This document shows positions 47,183 to 57,621 of a stretch of DNA of 64,000 nt, one piece after another. The stretch spans positions 204,310 through 268,309 of the forward strand of contig JAHJQN010000003.1 in assembly GCA_018819225.1 (NCBI GenBank). The letters run 5' to 3'. The translations under genes and the position numbers were made by a program. Positions within the stretch are counted from its first letter, which is position 1; every line of letters starts with the position of its first letter. The notes beneath the pieces are model-generated. The model worked only from the letters and a program-made list of their open reading frames with translations, had not been told where the DNA came from and did no database searches. Source of the DNA: Candidatus Micrarchaeota archaeon (GTDB lineage Archaea > Micrarchaeota > Micrarchaeia > Norongarragalinales > SBBD01).

Positions 47183-47920
47183 ATGCGCTTAAAAGGTCAA
47201 GTCGCACTCGTGACCGGGGGATCGCGCGGTATCGGAAAAGCCATTGTGCAACGCTTTGCGAAAGAAGGAGCCACCGTGGCGTTCACGTATCACCACTCCA
47301 AGAAAAGTGCCGAAGCCGTATTAGAATCCATCACGCGCGACGGAGGTAAGGGAGCGATATGGAAATGCGACGTGGCCAAGCGAAATGAAGTGCAGACATT
47401 CGTGGAATCCGCAGTCAAACGCTTTGGAAGACTCGACATTCTCGTCAACAATGCGGGAACCGTTAAACCCGTTAACGATTTGGACGCAACGGAAACCCTC
47501 TGGGATGACATGCTGGCGATCCATTTGAAAGGCGTCTATTTCGGCATTCAGTCCGCGGTTCCGTTCATGAAAAGAAACGGGAAGATCATCAACGTGTCTT
47601 CCGCGGCCGCCATCAAGGGAACGCAAGTCAGCCTGCCGTACGCGGCGGCAAAAGCCGGAGTCATACTGCTCACGAAGCAGCTTTCCCGCACGCTGGGAGA
47701 AAAAGGGATTACGATCAATGCCATCGCTCCCGGCCCCATCGAAACGGATTTACTGAAATCGTTCGGTGCCCCCGGAAGACGCGAGGAATGGATTCGCGAC
47801 ATTCCGTTGCATCGTCTGGGTCAACCCGACGATATTGCGAACATCGCGCTATTTCTCGCATCGCAGGAAAGTGGGTTCATCACCGGACAGACCTTGATCG
47901 CGGATGGAGGAAGACGTTAA
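47183..47920 (+). CDS. short-chain dehydrogenase/reductase (FabG-like)
   Basis: TGGSRGIG, LVNNAG, NVSS, YAAAK, NAIAPG. Confidence 0.92.
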   Translation: MRLKGQVALVTGGSRGIGKAIVQRFAKEGATVAFTYHHSKKSAEAVLESITRDGGKGAIWKCDVAKRNEVQTFVESAVKRFGRLDILVNNAGTVKPVNDLDATETLWDDMLAIHLKGVYFGIQSAVPFMKRNGKIINVSSAAAIKGTQVSLPYAAAKAGVILLTKQLSRTLGEKGITINAIAPGPIETDLLKSFGAPGRREEWIRDIPLHRLGQPDDIANIALFLASQESGFITGQTLIADGGRR

Positions 47921-50004
47921 CTGTTTTTCTTCTTTCCAACCGGCTTCAACGGTTTTTTTACAGGAGCCATCGATTTCTGCCCCCATGACGCCTTGCTTTC
48001 GCAGTTAGGGAGCAAGCACATCTCGAACGGCCGTTTGCCTTTCCGAACCACTTTAATGACCGGGGTCTTGCAGAATAAACAGGCCTTGTTCGTCGCCAAC
48101 ACGGAACTGTTTTTCGGCAGTGAAAACGTGGTTTTGCATTCCGGATATTTGTTGCACGCTGCAAAAAAACCGAATTTCGATTTCTTGATGACGAGTTTGC
48201 CTTCCGCGCATTTCGTGCACGCCCCCAATACGCGCTCGTCGCGACGGAACGCCACCAAACCTTTGGATAACTCCGCGCCGATCGCCGCTTCCTTCGAACG
48301 AAACTCGTTGAGAATCAGGGTCAACGCCTCCCGGCCTTCATCAATCACGTGTTGTTGTGCGACGCGGCCTTCTTGAATGGTTTCCATTTGCTTTTCAAAC
48401 TTGCGCGTCAACTGCTCGCTCAAAATTTCGGGAACATGGGTTTGAAGCGCCTCGAATACCGACAAACCGAACGCCGTGACTTGAATGCTTTTGCGGTTCG
48501 TGAGATAGTTGCGGTTGAATAGCGTATCGATGACCGCGGACCGCGTGCTTTTCGTGCCGATCTTGTGTTTCTCGAGCTCCTTGACGACACTCGCGGGAGT
48601 GAATCGTTTCGGCGGTTTCGTCTCTTTTTGTTCCTCCCACACGCTCTGTACAGCGAGGCGCTCCCCCTCCTTAAACGACGGGAGGATATTTTCTTCTAAC
48701 GGAGCGTACGGGGCATAAAAGGCCGTCCACCCCGGAGAAAGCGTGCGGATACCGGAAGCCAAAAACAATTGCGTGGCAACGGTCAAATGCACTTTCGCAC
48801 TCTCACGTTCCGCAGGAGGAGCAAAGCACGCGAGAAAGCGTTTAACCACCAAATCAAACAGTTTCTGTTCCTCCACACCGAGTTTGTGGACTTGGAGACC
48901 CGTAGGATAAATGGCGACGTGAGCGGAATCGGATTTGCTGCCCTCTCGCGGTACGAAACGTTTGCCATCAATGAGTTGTTGCGCTAACGCGGAATACGAG
49001 CGATGTTGTTTCAGTAAATTCAAGATTTTCGGCAAACCCAGTTTAGTGGGCAGTTTCTGTGAAGCCGTTCTCGGGTAACTGATCAAGGCCGCTTCATACA
49101 AATTCTGCGCCACCTCGAGTGTTCGGGACGGCGGCATACTGAAACAGCGATACGCTTCCACCTGCAACGTCGTTAAATCAAAGGGAACGGGAGAAGGTTG
49201 CGGGAATCGCTTGACCTCCAGCTTCGCAATGACGCCTTCCGTTTGCAAATGGCACTCCGCCAAAATTTTTTTGGAAATCGCGTGATCGAAAAAGCGTTGT
49301 TTCTCGTGCACAAACACGATCTCCTTGGCTTTCGCGAAAACCTGCCAATAGACTTGCGATTGAAACCCTTGAATTTCCTTCTCGCGCCGAGATAAAAGCG
49401 CGAGCGTGGGTCCTTGCACGCGACCAATGCTCAAGACTTTGAACGCCCCCGCTTTTTTCAGGGACGACATGAGGGCTCGACTCACGTTGATACCCCAATA
49501 CCAGTCCAGGGTGTGGCGGGCTTCCCCCGCTTGAATGGATGGCGTGTCCAACGGACCCGCTTGTTCGAAAGCCTCTTGCAATTCCGACGGCATCAAGGAA
49601 GAAAACAGCATGCGTTTCGCCTTCTTATTCGGAGCGAGGAAGCGAATCACATTACCCGCAATGAGACTCCCTTCCACGTCGTAGTCGCATGCGCTATAAA
49701 CTTCATCCACTTGCTTGGATAACTGGCTTAACACGTTCACGTATTTTCGCGTGTACGCGCTCTCCTTGCGTTTGAATGCAGGCACCCAGTGAATGTCGAA
49801 CGAAGGGTAACCCGGCGACTTGGTTTTTTCCGCGAGCGAGTACACGTGTCCGACGGCTGGAGCGACATAGATGTGCCGTCCCTCCCGATCGAATTCAAAG
49901 TAGGAAACGCCCTGCACCACTGTTTTTTTCGGGCTCGAACTCAATGCGAGGGCCATCTGTTGAGCGACTCGCGGCTTCTCCGTAATGATGAGCATTCGCG
50001 TCAT
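47917..50004 (-). CDS. topA: DNA topoisomerase I (type IA) with C-terminal Zn ribbons
   Basis: LIITEKP, AVGH, ACDYDVEGS, SIGRVQGP, ISYPRT, IGTKSTR, C4 ribbons. Confidence 0.95.
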   Translation of the reverse strand: MTRMLIITEKPRVAQQMALALSSSPKKTVVQGVSYFEFDREGRHIYVAPAVGHVYSLAEKTKSPGYPSFDIHWVPAFKRKESAYTRKYVNVLSQLSKQVDEVYSACDYDVEGSLIAGNVIRFLAPNKKAKRMLFSSLMPSELQEAFEQAGPLDTPSIQAGEARHTLDWYWGINVSRALMSSLKKAGAFKVLSIGRVQGPTLALLSRREKEIQGFQSQVYWQVFAKAKEIVFVHEKQRFFDHAISKKILAECHLQTEGVIAKLEVKRFPQPSPVPFDLTTLQVEAYRCFSMPPSRTLEVAQNLYEAALISYPRTASQKLPTKLGLPKILNLLKQHRSYSALAQQLIDGKRFVPREGSKSDSAHVAIYPTGLQVHKLGVEEQKLFDLVVKRFLACFAPPAERESAKVHLTVATQLFLASGIRTLSPGWTAFYAPYAPLEENILPSFKEGERLAVQSVWEEQKETKPPKRFTPASVVKELEKHKIGTKSTRSAVIDTLFNRNYLTNRKSIQVTAFGLSVFEALQTHVPEILSEQLTRKFEKQMETIQEGRVAQQHVIDEGREALTLILNEFRSKEAAIGAELSKGLVAFRRDERVLGACTKCAEGKLVIKKSKFGFFAACNKYPECKTTFSLPKNSSVLATNKACLFCKTPVIKVVRKGKRPFEMCLLPNCESKASWGQKSMAPVKKPLKPVGKKKNS

Positions 50005-50105
50005 AAGAGGTAACAACAGCGTCTTCAGGATTTATAAGAAGGAGGGGTGCTGCAGATTCGGAGCAAGAAAAGCGATTATTAAAAAGAATCCGCATAAAAT
50101 GGCAT

Positions 50106-50951
50106 ATGCCTAAATTATTCCTTCCATACCTGGAAGTGGCCGGAACCCAAAAAAGTGGGGTGGAAAAATTACTTGAACGTACGGTCCCTAAAGACATTCT
50201 GGCACGGCATCGCGAGCGATTATTCGGTACGCGCTACCCCATATTCCGAATCGCGATACGGCATCCAGCGGACATGCAATTGGGGGATTTCGAGCCCTTT
50301 CATCGCGCGATTTCTCACAGTCTTCAACAAGTCCAAGCCCGCCTCCAATACCCTCAAGAAGAGTTAGAGGTAGGCATTAAAGGCGGATTTAATATTCAAT
50401 CGCCGTATGGCGGCACACGATATGAAATCCTCCTTCCAGTGATGAGACAACGTCGCGTGCGCGACCTCGTCCTTGAAGTCCGTAAGGAATTGAAAAAAAC
50501 GATCGCCTATCAAGCACTAAGAAAAAAATACGTTTTAACGCCCGCCCAAAAAAGAAAAGCCGCAAACGAACATTTGAGTCCGATGCCCCCATGGGAATTG
50601 CGGATCAAAGACTATGAAGGACGCCCCCATGTCGTCATGGGACATCCTACACACCTAGAACCGGAAGAACGCGAGGCGTTAGGGAAAGCCTTTGTGACCA
50701 TGATTCAAACCGCGCTCCGTCAGCACGACGTATACACCCCACCCTCCTGGAAACCCAAGGCACTGGAAACGTTTCGTTCCATTCGACGCGGTCGCGAAAT
50801 TCGGGTAGGGGCCGCAGTTCCTTTACCCGACGGTATATTAGGCGGCCGAAATCGAGAACGCCGTGACGATGTGTTGGATACACTGGATGCGTTCATAATG
50901 GCATCGGATACGATGGTTCGCCTGCGGGAAAAGTACAAAGATCAAGACTGA
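50106..50951 (+). CDS. hypothetical basic protein (orphan)
   Basis: 281-aa ORF with upstream TTATTAAA box. No family recognised. Confidence 0.65.
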   Translation: MPKLFLPYLEVAGTQKSGVEKLLERTVPKDILARHRERLFGTRYPIFRIAIRHPADMQLGDFEPFHRAISHSLQQVQARLQYPQEELEVGIKGGFNIQSPYGGTRYEILLPVMRQRRVRDLVLEVRKELKKTIAYQALRKKYVLTPAQKRKAANEHLSPMPPWELRIKDYEGRPHVVMGHPTHLEPEEREALGKAFVTMIQTALRQHDVYTPPSWKPKALETFRSIRRGREIRVGAAVPLPDGILGGRNRERRDDVLDTLDAFIMASDTMVRLREKYKDQD

Positions 50952-50955
50952 CAAT

Positions 50956-51684
50956 CTATTTCAACAGCGTATACTTGCTGAGATAGATCTGCGTCTTCAG
51001 TACCTCAAGAAACGGAAGGACGAGAAGCGCGTTGACGATCACGGCAAGAAAACGGGCGATGCGGAAATCGGCAAATAACAGGAAAAAGAAGGAGACAAAC
51101 AGAACGAGAAAACAAGCGATGGCGAGAAACGCAATCAAATACGGGAACTTGAGGAAGCTCAACGACAGGCTGCGCCGAATGCTCGCACTCAAACCCGATT
51201 CCTCGATCACCATGGCTTGCGGGGCAAACAATATGGCGAGCGACAACAGCAATGAAAACAAGAGGCCGAAACTGGATGCCAACCCCGTATCGTACAAGAA
51301 CAAGTTGGCGATAAACGACAACACGAATACGGATAAGAAGAGCGTGAAGAGTTGCAGCGTATGCACCTCGATTTTTTCCTTCTCGTAGTGCGTCAGACGA
51401 ATCAAGGTCCGCTGGCTTTTAATGATGAGATTGATCCCCACCAACGCAAACGAAAATAACGCCAACGAAATCAAGAACACGCCCACAACAAACCCCGCCT
51501 CCAGGGACGAAAGATCGGTTCCAATGCTGCCATAACGGAGGAAAATGCCCCCCAACGAAATAAAATTGGGAAGCAGCAAGGACAGAGGGAACATGATGGC
51601 GAACGGTAAACTGAAGAACGAAATCAGCCTCCAATTCCTTCGGTACGATTGAAACGCATGCTGTAAAACGACGGTAAACGACAT
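50956..51684 (-). CDS. conserved-type multi-pass membrane protein
   Basis: Six TM helices. ATG at 51684 avoids overlap with the divergent kinase gene. Confidence 0.7.
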   Translation of the reverse strand: MSFTVVLQHAFQSYRRNWRLISFFSLPFAIMFPLSLLLPNFISLGGIFLRYGSIGTDLSSLEAGFVVGVFLISLALFSFALVGINLIIKSQRTLIRLTHYEKEKIEVHTLQLFTLFLSVFVLSFIANLFLYDTGLASSFGLLFSLLLSLAILFAPQAMVIEESGLSASIRRSLSLSFLKFPYLIAFLAIACFLVLFVSFFFLLFADFRIARFLAVIVNALLVLPFLEVLKTQIYLSKYTLLK

Positions 51685-51747
51685 ATTCGTCCCTCTGAAG
51701 AAAGGGGGCTTTACAACCTTAAAAAACTTGCGATACCCAAACTCTGC

Positions 51748-52266
51748 ATGCGACTCATTGTAACCGGCACGCCGGGCGTGGGAAAAACGAGTCTGTCGAA
51801 ACAAATCGCTGCGCGGTTGGCCATTCCGTTCATTTCCGTGAACGCGTTCGTCCAACGAAAGTCCATGGGGCGGCGGGAAGGCTTGGAACGCGTCGTGGAC
51901 CCGAAAACGCTCGAACGAGCCCTCCGAAAAGAACTCAAAGGAAAAAAGGCGTTCGTGCTGGACGGACATCTGGCCTGCGAAATCACGATTCCGTGCGATG
52001 CCGTACTCGTCATGCGCTGCCATCCCCGACGGCTCAACAAACGCTTGAAGAAACGAGGGTACTCGAAGAAAAAAATCGAGGACAACCTGTACTCCGAGGC
52101 GCTGGACTACTGTCTCGTGCGAGCCGAAACGCATTACGAAAGAAAAAAAGTCGTCCAATTGGACGCCTCCACCCGCGTATCCGTTGAAGCCGCATTAAAA
52201 CAATTGAAGCACCGGAAGCCGTTAATCATTCGATGGCTTCCCGAATTCTTATCCGATTTGAGTTGA
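51748..52266 (+). CDS. adenylate kinase/ATPase, AK6/Fap7 family
   Basis: VTGTPGVGKT, LDGH, V.RC.P..L..RL..RGY...KI.DN...E.LD. Confidence 0.88.
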   Translation: MRLIVTGTPGVGKTSLSKQIAARLAIPFISVNAFVQRKSMGRREGLERVVDPKTLERALRKELKGKKAFVLDGHLACEITIPCDAVLVMRCHPRRLNKRLKKRGYSKKKIEDNLYSEALDYCLVRAETHYERKKVVQLDASTRVSVEAALKQLKHRKPLIIRWLPEFLSDLS

Positions 52267-52379
52267 GCGAACGGGAATAAACGGATTTCAACGAGACCAC
52301 GACGGTAAGTAAGGATTTATAAAGCTTCATGGGTAGTAAATGCAGCTTTTAACTCCATGTGCGAGGGAGGTGGAATACC

Positions 52380-52487
52380 ATGCCGAAGCGACGCAAACGG
52401 CACGAAGAAGACGATTTTGACGAAGAAGAAGATTGGGAAGAAGACGAAGATTGGGATACGGAAGACTTGGACGATGACGACGATTAA
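52380..52487 (+). CDS. 35-aa bipartite basic/hyper-acidic micro-protein (not in ORF track)
   Basis: GGGAGGTGG SD, then MPKRRKRHEEDDFDEEEDWEEDEDWDTEDLDDDDD*. TTTATAAA box upstream, T-tract downstream. Confidence 0.75.
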   Translation: MPKRRKRHEEDDFDEEEDWEEDEDWDTEDLDDDDD

Positions 52488-52549
52488 TTTCCAACCCGCT
52501 TTCTTTCCTTTTTGCTTCCTTTTTTAAACTCAAGGTTCTTGCTAGGTGC

Positions 52550-53074
52550 ATGCCCACGCTCACGCTCCCGAAGCGTTTGAGACCCGTGTTGAAGAAACCG
52601 TTTGGCACCCTATTTTCAACCCGGAAAGCCCTTGAAAATCTCCGCCGGGAGAAACGCATTATAGCCGTCGGGGACATCGCGACTCTTCACCTCCTATCCA
52701 AAGGCATCCCACCCTGGATCGCATTCGTCGACTATCATTACCGTCGCCGCCCGCTCTCCCGCACCCAACGAAAACGGCTATCGCGATGGAAGGCCCGCAC
52801 ATGGCGGCTCACGAATCCGGCGGGCACCTTATCCGAAAACGCCTTCCGGTTAACAAAAAAACTCCTCGCACTACGCCACCAACGACACGTCGTCGAGGTG
52901 CGCGGAGAAGAAGACTTGCTCGTAATACCCGCCGCACTCCAAGCGAAAAAGGATACCGTTATTTACTACGGACAACCCGGACGAGGAGGAGTGGTGATGC
53001 GGGCTACAAAAACCGTGAAAGCCAGAATTCGTCGCGTATTCCGGGGTTTTATTCAAGGAAAGGGGAGCCGATGA
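52550..53074 (+). CDS. GTP-dependent dephospho-CoA kinase (DUF359 family)
   Basis: LKKPFG, AVGD, FVD...RR, NPAGTL, V.GEEDLL..P, YGQPG.G.V. Confidence 0.88.
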   Translation: MPTLTLPKRLRPVLKKPFGTLFSTRKALENLRREKRIIAVGDIATLHLLSKGIPPWIAFVDYHYRRRPLSRTQRKRLSRWKARTWRLTNPAGTLSENAFRLTKKLLALRHQRHVVEVRGEEDLLVIPAALQAKKDTVIYYGQPGRGGVVMRATKTVKARIRRVFRGFIQGKGSR

Positions 53075-54336
53075 AAATCCATTTTCTCGGAGGCGCATAC
53101 GAGGTCGGCAAGAGCGCGTTCATGGTGGAAACGCGGGACGTAAACGTGTTGCTGGATTGCGGCGTCAAAATCAACCACCGCACCGAATTTCCGTTGATGC
53201 ATAAAGCGAAGCGACCTCACGCGATTGCCTTAAGCCATGCCCACCTCGACCACTCCGGATACATTCCCGCGTTATTCAAGAGAAACACCGCTCCCATCTT
53301 ATGCACGTTTCCCACGATACCGCTCGTCCAACTCCTGCTGGAGGACACGCTGAAGATTAACGAATACAACCGAGAAACCCCGTACTTTTCCCGCGCCCAA
53401 CTCCGCAAAATGTTACATTACTTTCGACCGCTATCCTACCACCAGCCGTACGCGTTTCACGACGGAAGCGAAATCCAGTTATCCGATGCGGGCCATATTC
53501 TCGGAAGCGCGCAAATTGAATTCAAGAGCCGCGAAGGCCGAGTATGGTACACGGGAGACTTGAATACCGTGGACAGCGTCTTGCACTCCGCTGCGGCCAT
53601 GCCAAAGGAATCCTGCGAAACACTCATTACGGAAAGCACGTACGGTGGACGCGGACATCCGAACCGGAAAAAACTCGAGAAAACATTCTGCAATGAAATC
53701 CGGAGGGCGCGCGACGACGGATTCGTGGTCTTGATTCCCGCGTTTGCCATCGGCCGCACGCAAGAACTCGTTCAAATGTTGTACGCGAACGGCTTAGCGG
53801 ATTACGTGTACGCGGACGGCATGGGCACCAAGGCCAACGAAATCTCTGCGGAATTCCCGTCGTATTTACGAGATGGAAAAGAGTTCGCCAAGGCCTATCA
53901 ACGCATCCACACCATCAAAACCAAAATCGAACGAAAACGAATCTTGAAAAGAGGGAACATCATTCTGGCGACCGCCGGAATGCTGGAAGGCGGGCCGATG
54001 GTGAGTCATATAGAAAACGTCTTGCGAACGGGAATGAAAGCCAAGCTATTACTGACCGGATTTCAAGCCACGGGAACGAACGGACGATTACTGATGGAAG
54101 AAGGCCAAGTGCGTTTGAACGGCCAGACCATGAAATGGCCGTTTGAAGTGCAATTCTACGATTTTAGCGCGCACACCGATCAAGCCGGACTCGTGCGTCA
54201 TGTGAAGAAAGCGAACCCCGAAAAAGTCTTTTGCGTGCACGGAGACCCCGATCAGCTGGAAGAATTCGTGCAAACGTTGAAGGAAGAAGGATTCAATGCG
54301 TACGCGCCAAAGAACGGCGAGCGGATATCCGTGTGA
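53071..54336 (+). CDS. beta-CASP metallo-beta-lactamase ribonuclease lacking KH domains (aCPSF2-like)
   Basis: FLGGAYEVGKS, SHAHLDHSG, AGHILGSA, TESTYG, FSAH, VHGD. ATG at 53071 overlaps the upstream stop. Confidence 0.88.
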   Translation: MKIHFLGGAYEVGKSAFMVETRDVNVLLDCGVKINHRTEFPLMHKAKRPHAIALSHAHLDHSGYIPALFKRNTAPILCTFPTIPLVQLLLEDTLKINEYNRETPYFSRAQLRKMLHYFRPLSYHQPYAFHDGSEIQLSDAGHILGSAQIEFKSREGRVWYTGDLNTVDSVLHSAAAMPKESCETLITESTYGGRGHPNRKKLEKTFCNEIRRARDDGFVVLIPAFAIGRTQELVQMLYANGLADYVYADGMGTKANEISAEFPSYLRDGKEFAKAYQRIHTIKTKIERKRILKRGNIILATAGMLEGGPMVSHIENVLRTGMKAKLLLTGFQATGTNGRLLMEEGQVRLNGQTMKWPFEVQFYDFSAHTDQAGLVRHVKKANPEKVFCVHGDPDQLEEFVQTLKEEGFNAYAPKNGERISV

Positions 54337-54414
54337 ACGACAAGGGCGAAAAAAGGATTTTGGAATAATGCAGGGCAATAGCAATCTATTTAAAGCTGAA
54401 TTGGCACGATTAAA

Positions 54415-54533
54415 GGGTCAGCGGTCATAGGCGGGGGGATACACCCAGTCCCATTTCGAATCTGGAAGTTAAGCCCTCGTACGATTCGGACAGTACTGTT
54501 CTGGTGAACGGGAGATCCGAATACCGCTGCACT
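54415..54533 (+). rRNA. rrf: 5S ribosomal RNA (unlinked from 16S/23S)
   Basis: GCGGTCATAG, ACACCC.GTCCCATTTCGAA....GAAGTTAAGCC, AGTACTG, GGGAGA; terminal helix CAGCGG/CCGCTG; TTTAAA box ~25 bp upstream. Confidence 0.9.
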
Positions 54534-54627
54534 TACTATTTCTCCTTTTTTCGCACGCTATTGTCAACCATTTACTGCGACTTTTGATCGCCCTTTTTGA
54601 AAAGGTCGTCTGAATACCGCTGCACTT
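54519..54627 (+). repeat. 16-bp direct repeat (GAATACCGCTGCACTT) duplicating the 5S rRNA 3' end
   Basis: Identical copies at 54519-54534 and 54612-54627. Confidence 0.85.
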
Positions 54628-54815
54628 TCTACGTATTTTCGTTCTCTCTAGTCGAGATGGTTCTTCAAAGAAAGAAGTCGGCAGAACCCCTCTGCCCATG
54701 TAATAACCGAATATTCTTCCAGTCGAAACGCACTTTTTGTCGTCATTAGACGTAGCGAACGCCGTATACATCGAACCCTTTATAAAAATGAGAGGCGAAA
54801 GCAAAACAGAGGGGC

Positions 54816-55916
54816 TTGTTTGTGGAAGATTCAGCTATTCAACGTACGCCATTCTACGAAATGCATGTGCAGCATCGCGGTCGCATGGTGCCGTTTGCCG
54901 GATGGGAAATGCCCGTACAATACGAAGGCATCAAGGCCGAACACCTCGCCGTAAGACGTTCGGCCGGGCTCTTCGATGTTTCGCACATGGGAGAAGTCGA
55001 TGTCAAAGGACCGCAAGCGACCGCATTCGTTCAAAACCTCATTACCAACAATGTGCACAAGATCGTGCAGAACCAGTGCCTCTATTCCCCCATGTGCTAC
55101 GAGAACGCAGGCATCGTCGATGATTTGCTCGTCTACAAGCACGATAGCGAACACTACATGCTCGTGATCAACGCTTCGAATGTCGAAAAGGATTTTTCGT
55201 GGATGCAAAAAAACAATTCCGTGAACGCGGAGTTGAAGAATATTTCCAACGAGACCGCTCAACTGGCCGTGCAGGGACCTCGCGCGCTAGCCATTCTGCA
55301 AACACTCACTTCCGCGAACTTGGAATCCATTAAAACATTCTGGTTCCAGATGATTGAATTGTCTGGAGTCCGCGTACTCGCATCGCGTACCGGGTATACG
55401 GGAGAAGACGGATTCGAATTGTATTTTCCTCCGGAGCACGCGAAAACGGTTTGGAATGCGATCGTGAACGCCGGAAGTTCCGAGGGCTTGCAGCCCACGG
55501 GACTGGGCGCACGGGATTCGCTGCGTTTGGAAGCCGGACTCATGTTGTACGGAAACGACATCGACGAAAACAGCACGCCATTTGAAGCGCCATTGAAATG
55601 GACCGTTGACTTGAATACCGAGTTTATTGGAAAGAAGGCATTGCAACAGAATCCGCCGAACAAAAAACTCGTGGGATTCGAACTCCTGGAAAAAGCCGTG
55701 GCCCGACACGGAAATCCCGTAGTAATTAACGGGAATGAAGCCGGCGTGGTGACGAGCGGAGGGTATTCGCCGTTACTCGAGAAAAGCATCGGCTTAGCGT
55801 ACGTTCCCGTTGACCACCCCGAAACATTCCAAATCCGAATCCGCAAGGAAAAAGACGTTGAAGCCAAGAAATGCGGTTACCGGTTCTATAAACGAAAGAA
55901 AAAGGAGATCGCATGA
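54816..55916 (+). CDS. gcvT: glycine cleavage system aminomethyltransferase T
   Basis: [45 protein letters not shown]. Confidence 0.96.
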   Translation: MFVEDSAIQRTPFYEMHVQHRGRMVPFAGWEMPVQYEGIKAEHLAVRRSAGLFDVSHMGEVDVKGPQATAFVQNLITNNVHKIVQNQCLYSPMCYENAGIVDDLLVYKHDSEHYMLVINASNVEKDFSWMQKNNSVNAELKNISNETAQLAVQGPRALAILQTLTSANLESIKTFWFQMIELSGVRVLASRTGYTGEDGFELYFPPEHAKTVWNAIVNAGSSEGLQPTGLGARDSLRLEAGLMLYGNDIDENSTPFEAPLKWTVDLNTEFIGKKALQQNPPNKKLVGFELLEKAVARHGNPVVINGNEAGVVTSGGYSPLLEKSIGLAYVPVDHPETFQIRIRKEKDVEAKKCGYRFYKRKKKEIA

Positions 55917-56287
55917 AGTTTACCAAGGAGCACGAGTGGGTGAACGTGGTGGATGGAATGGTAACCGTCGGCATCTCGGACTTCGCGCAAAAAGCGTTGG
56001 GGGACGTGGTATCCGTCGAGTTGCCGAAAGTAGGGAAGACGTTCAAGCAAGGAGAAAGCATGGCCATCGTCGATTCCATGAAAGCCTCCTCGGACGTTTA
56101 CGCGCCCTTGAGCGGTAACATCGCGGAAGTCAACAACGAATTGGTGAACCACGCGCAGTGGGTCAACGAAAGCCCTTACGAAAAAGGATGGATGGTCAAA
56201 ATCAAAATCGCGGATTCCAAGGAAATGGATTCATTAATGGATGAAACCGCTTACAACGAATTCTGTGCAAAGCAACCCGCTCATTGA
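55913..56287 (+). CDS. gcvH: glycine cleavage system H protein
   Basis: HEW, VGISDFAQ..LGDVV, lipoyl-Lys motif DSMKASSD.YAP, VNESPY..GW. Confidence 0.95.
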   Translation: MKFTKEHEWVNVVDGMVTVGISDFAQKALGDVVSVELPKVGKTFKQGESMAIVDSMKASSDVYAPLSGNIAEVNNELVNHAQWVNESPYEKGWMVKIKIADSKEMDSLMDETAYNEFCAKQPAH

Positions 56288-56298
56288 GGAGTAGAGAA

Positions 56299-57615
56299 AT
56301 GGATTACGTGCCCAACCGCAAACAAGAACAAGAGGAGTTACTGAAAGCCATTGGAGCCGAACGCATCGAACAACTGTTCGAGAACGTTAAACCTCAACTC
56401 AACCGCCCGCTTCAACTCCCGAAACCTCTAAGCGAATGGGAGATTAAGCAAACGTTGGAACAATTGAGCCTCAAGAACACGTCCTTTCGCGCGATCTTTC
56501 GGGGGGCTGGCGCGTACCACCACTACATTCCATCCGCGATCAACCAGATACTTCTAAGATCCGAATTCTATACCGCGTATACTCCGTATCAAGCCGAGGT
56601 TTCACAAGGCACGTTAACCGCCATCTATGAATTCCAGACGTATATCTGTATGCTCACGGGCATGGACGCTGCAAACGCCAGCATGTACGATGCCGCAAGC
56701 GCCCTCGCCGAAACCGCTCTCATGGCCTACGCCCAAAACGAGCGCCGGGAAGTGGTTTGTTCCAATACCGTACACCCGCATTACGTGGCAGCCGTGCGAA
56801 CGTATTGCCAAGCGCACGATATGACCATTAAGACAAACGAAAGCGACATCAGCGATCAAACGGCGTGCGTCATGATTCAATACCCGAACTTTTTCGGGGA
56901 AGTAGAGGACGTGAAAGCGCTGGCAGAAAAAGCGCATGCGAACGGAGCACTATTCGTCGTATGCATCGGAGATGCTTCATCCATGGCGCTATTGGAACCC
57001 CCAGCCTCATTAGGCGCGGATATCGTCGTGGGGGACGCACAAGCCTTCGGCATTCCCATCGGCGGAGGCGGACCGTACGCTGGCTTTCTCGCCGTACGAA
57101 AAGAATACATCCGACGCATGCCCGGACGCCTCTCCGGAATGACGAAAGACGACCGCGGACAAACCGGGTTTATTTTGACCCTGCAGGCCCGCGAACAACA
57201 CATCCGCCGAGAAAAAGCGACCAGCAATCTGTGCACGAACCAAGCCCTCATGGCCCTGGGCGCCACCATTTACTTGAGCTTGCTCGGAAAAAACGGGTTG
57301 CAGAACGTTGCCAAACACTCGTACACGAATGCGCATCGATTCCTCGAACAACTGCAACGCGAAGGATTCCATCGCATCGGATCCGCCGCGTTCTACAACG
57401 AGTTTCGCGTGAAAAGTCCCGTGGATGTCAACGAATTGAACGCGCGGCTGGCTCGCATCGGAATACTGGGAGGGCTCGCGCTTCCCAACAACGAAATGCT
57501 CGTGTGCTGCACCGAATGCATCACGGAAACGCACATGCGAGAATTTGTTGAACAGGTTCGGGAATTAAAGACATTGCCGGCCAATGCCACCGCCAGCCCA
57601 CACCCCATTCCGTGA
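56299..57615 (+). CDS. gcvPA: glycine dehydrogenase subunit 1
   Basis: GAGAY.HYIP, RSEFYTAYTPYQAEVSQG, NASMYD, GGP, LQAREQHIRREKATSNLCTNQ. Confidence 0.95.
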   Translation: MDYVPNRKQEQEELLKAIGAERIEQLFENVKPQLNRPLQLPKPLSEWEIKQTLEQLSLKNTSFRAIFRGAGAYHHYIPSAINQILLRSEFYTAYTPYQAEVSQGTLTAIYEFQTYICMLTGMDAANASMYDAASALAETALMAYAQNERREVVCSNTVHPHYVAAVRTYCQAHDMTIKTNESDISDQTACVMIQYPNFFGEVEDVKALAEKAHANGALFVVCIGDASSMALLEPPASLGADIVVGDAQAFGIPIGGGGPYAGFLAVRKEYIRRMPGRLSGMTKDDRGQTGFILTLQAREQHIRREKATSNLCTNQALMALGATIYLSLLGKNGLQNVAKHSYTNAHRFLEQLQREGFHRIGSAAFYNEFRVKSPVDVNELNARLARIGILGGLALPNNEMLVCCTECITETHMREFVEQVRELKTLPANATASPHPIP

Positions 57616-57621
57616 TACTCC

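Noticed and set aside
51685-52158. N-terminal extension of the membrane-protein ORF (400 aa in the track)
   Set aside because: It is antisense to the AK6-family kinase. The likely start is at 51684.
52786-53070. N-terminal extension of the beta-CASP ORF (516 aa in the track)
   Set aside because: It overlaps the DUF359 gene in another frame. Homology starts at MKIHFLGG (53071) with a coupled stop/start.
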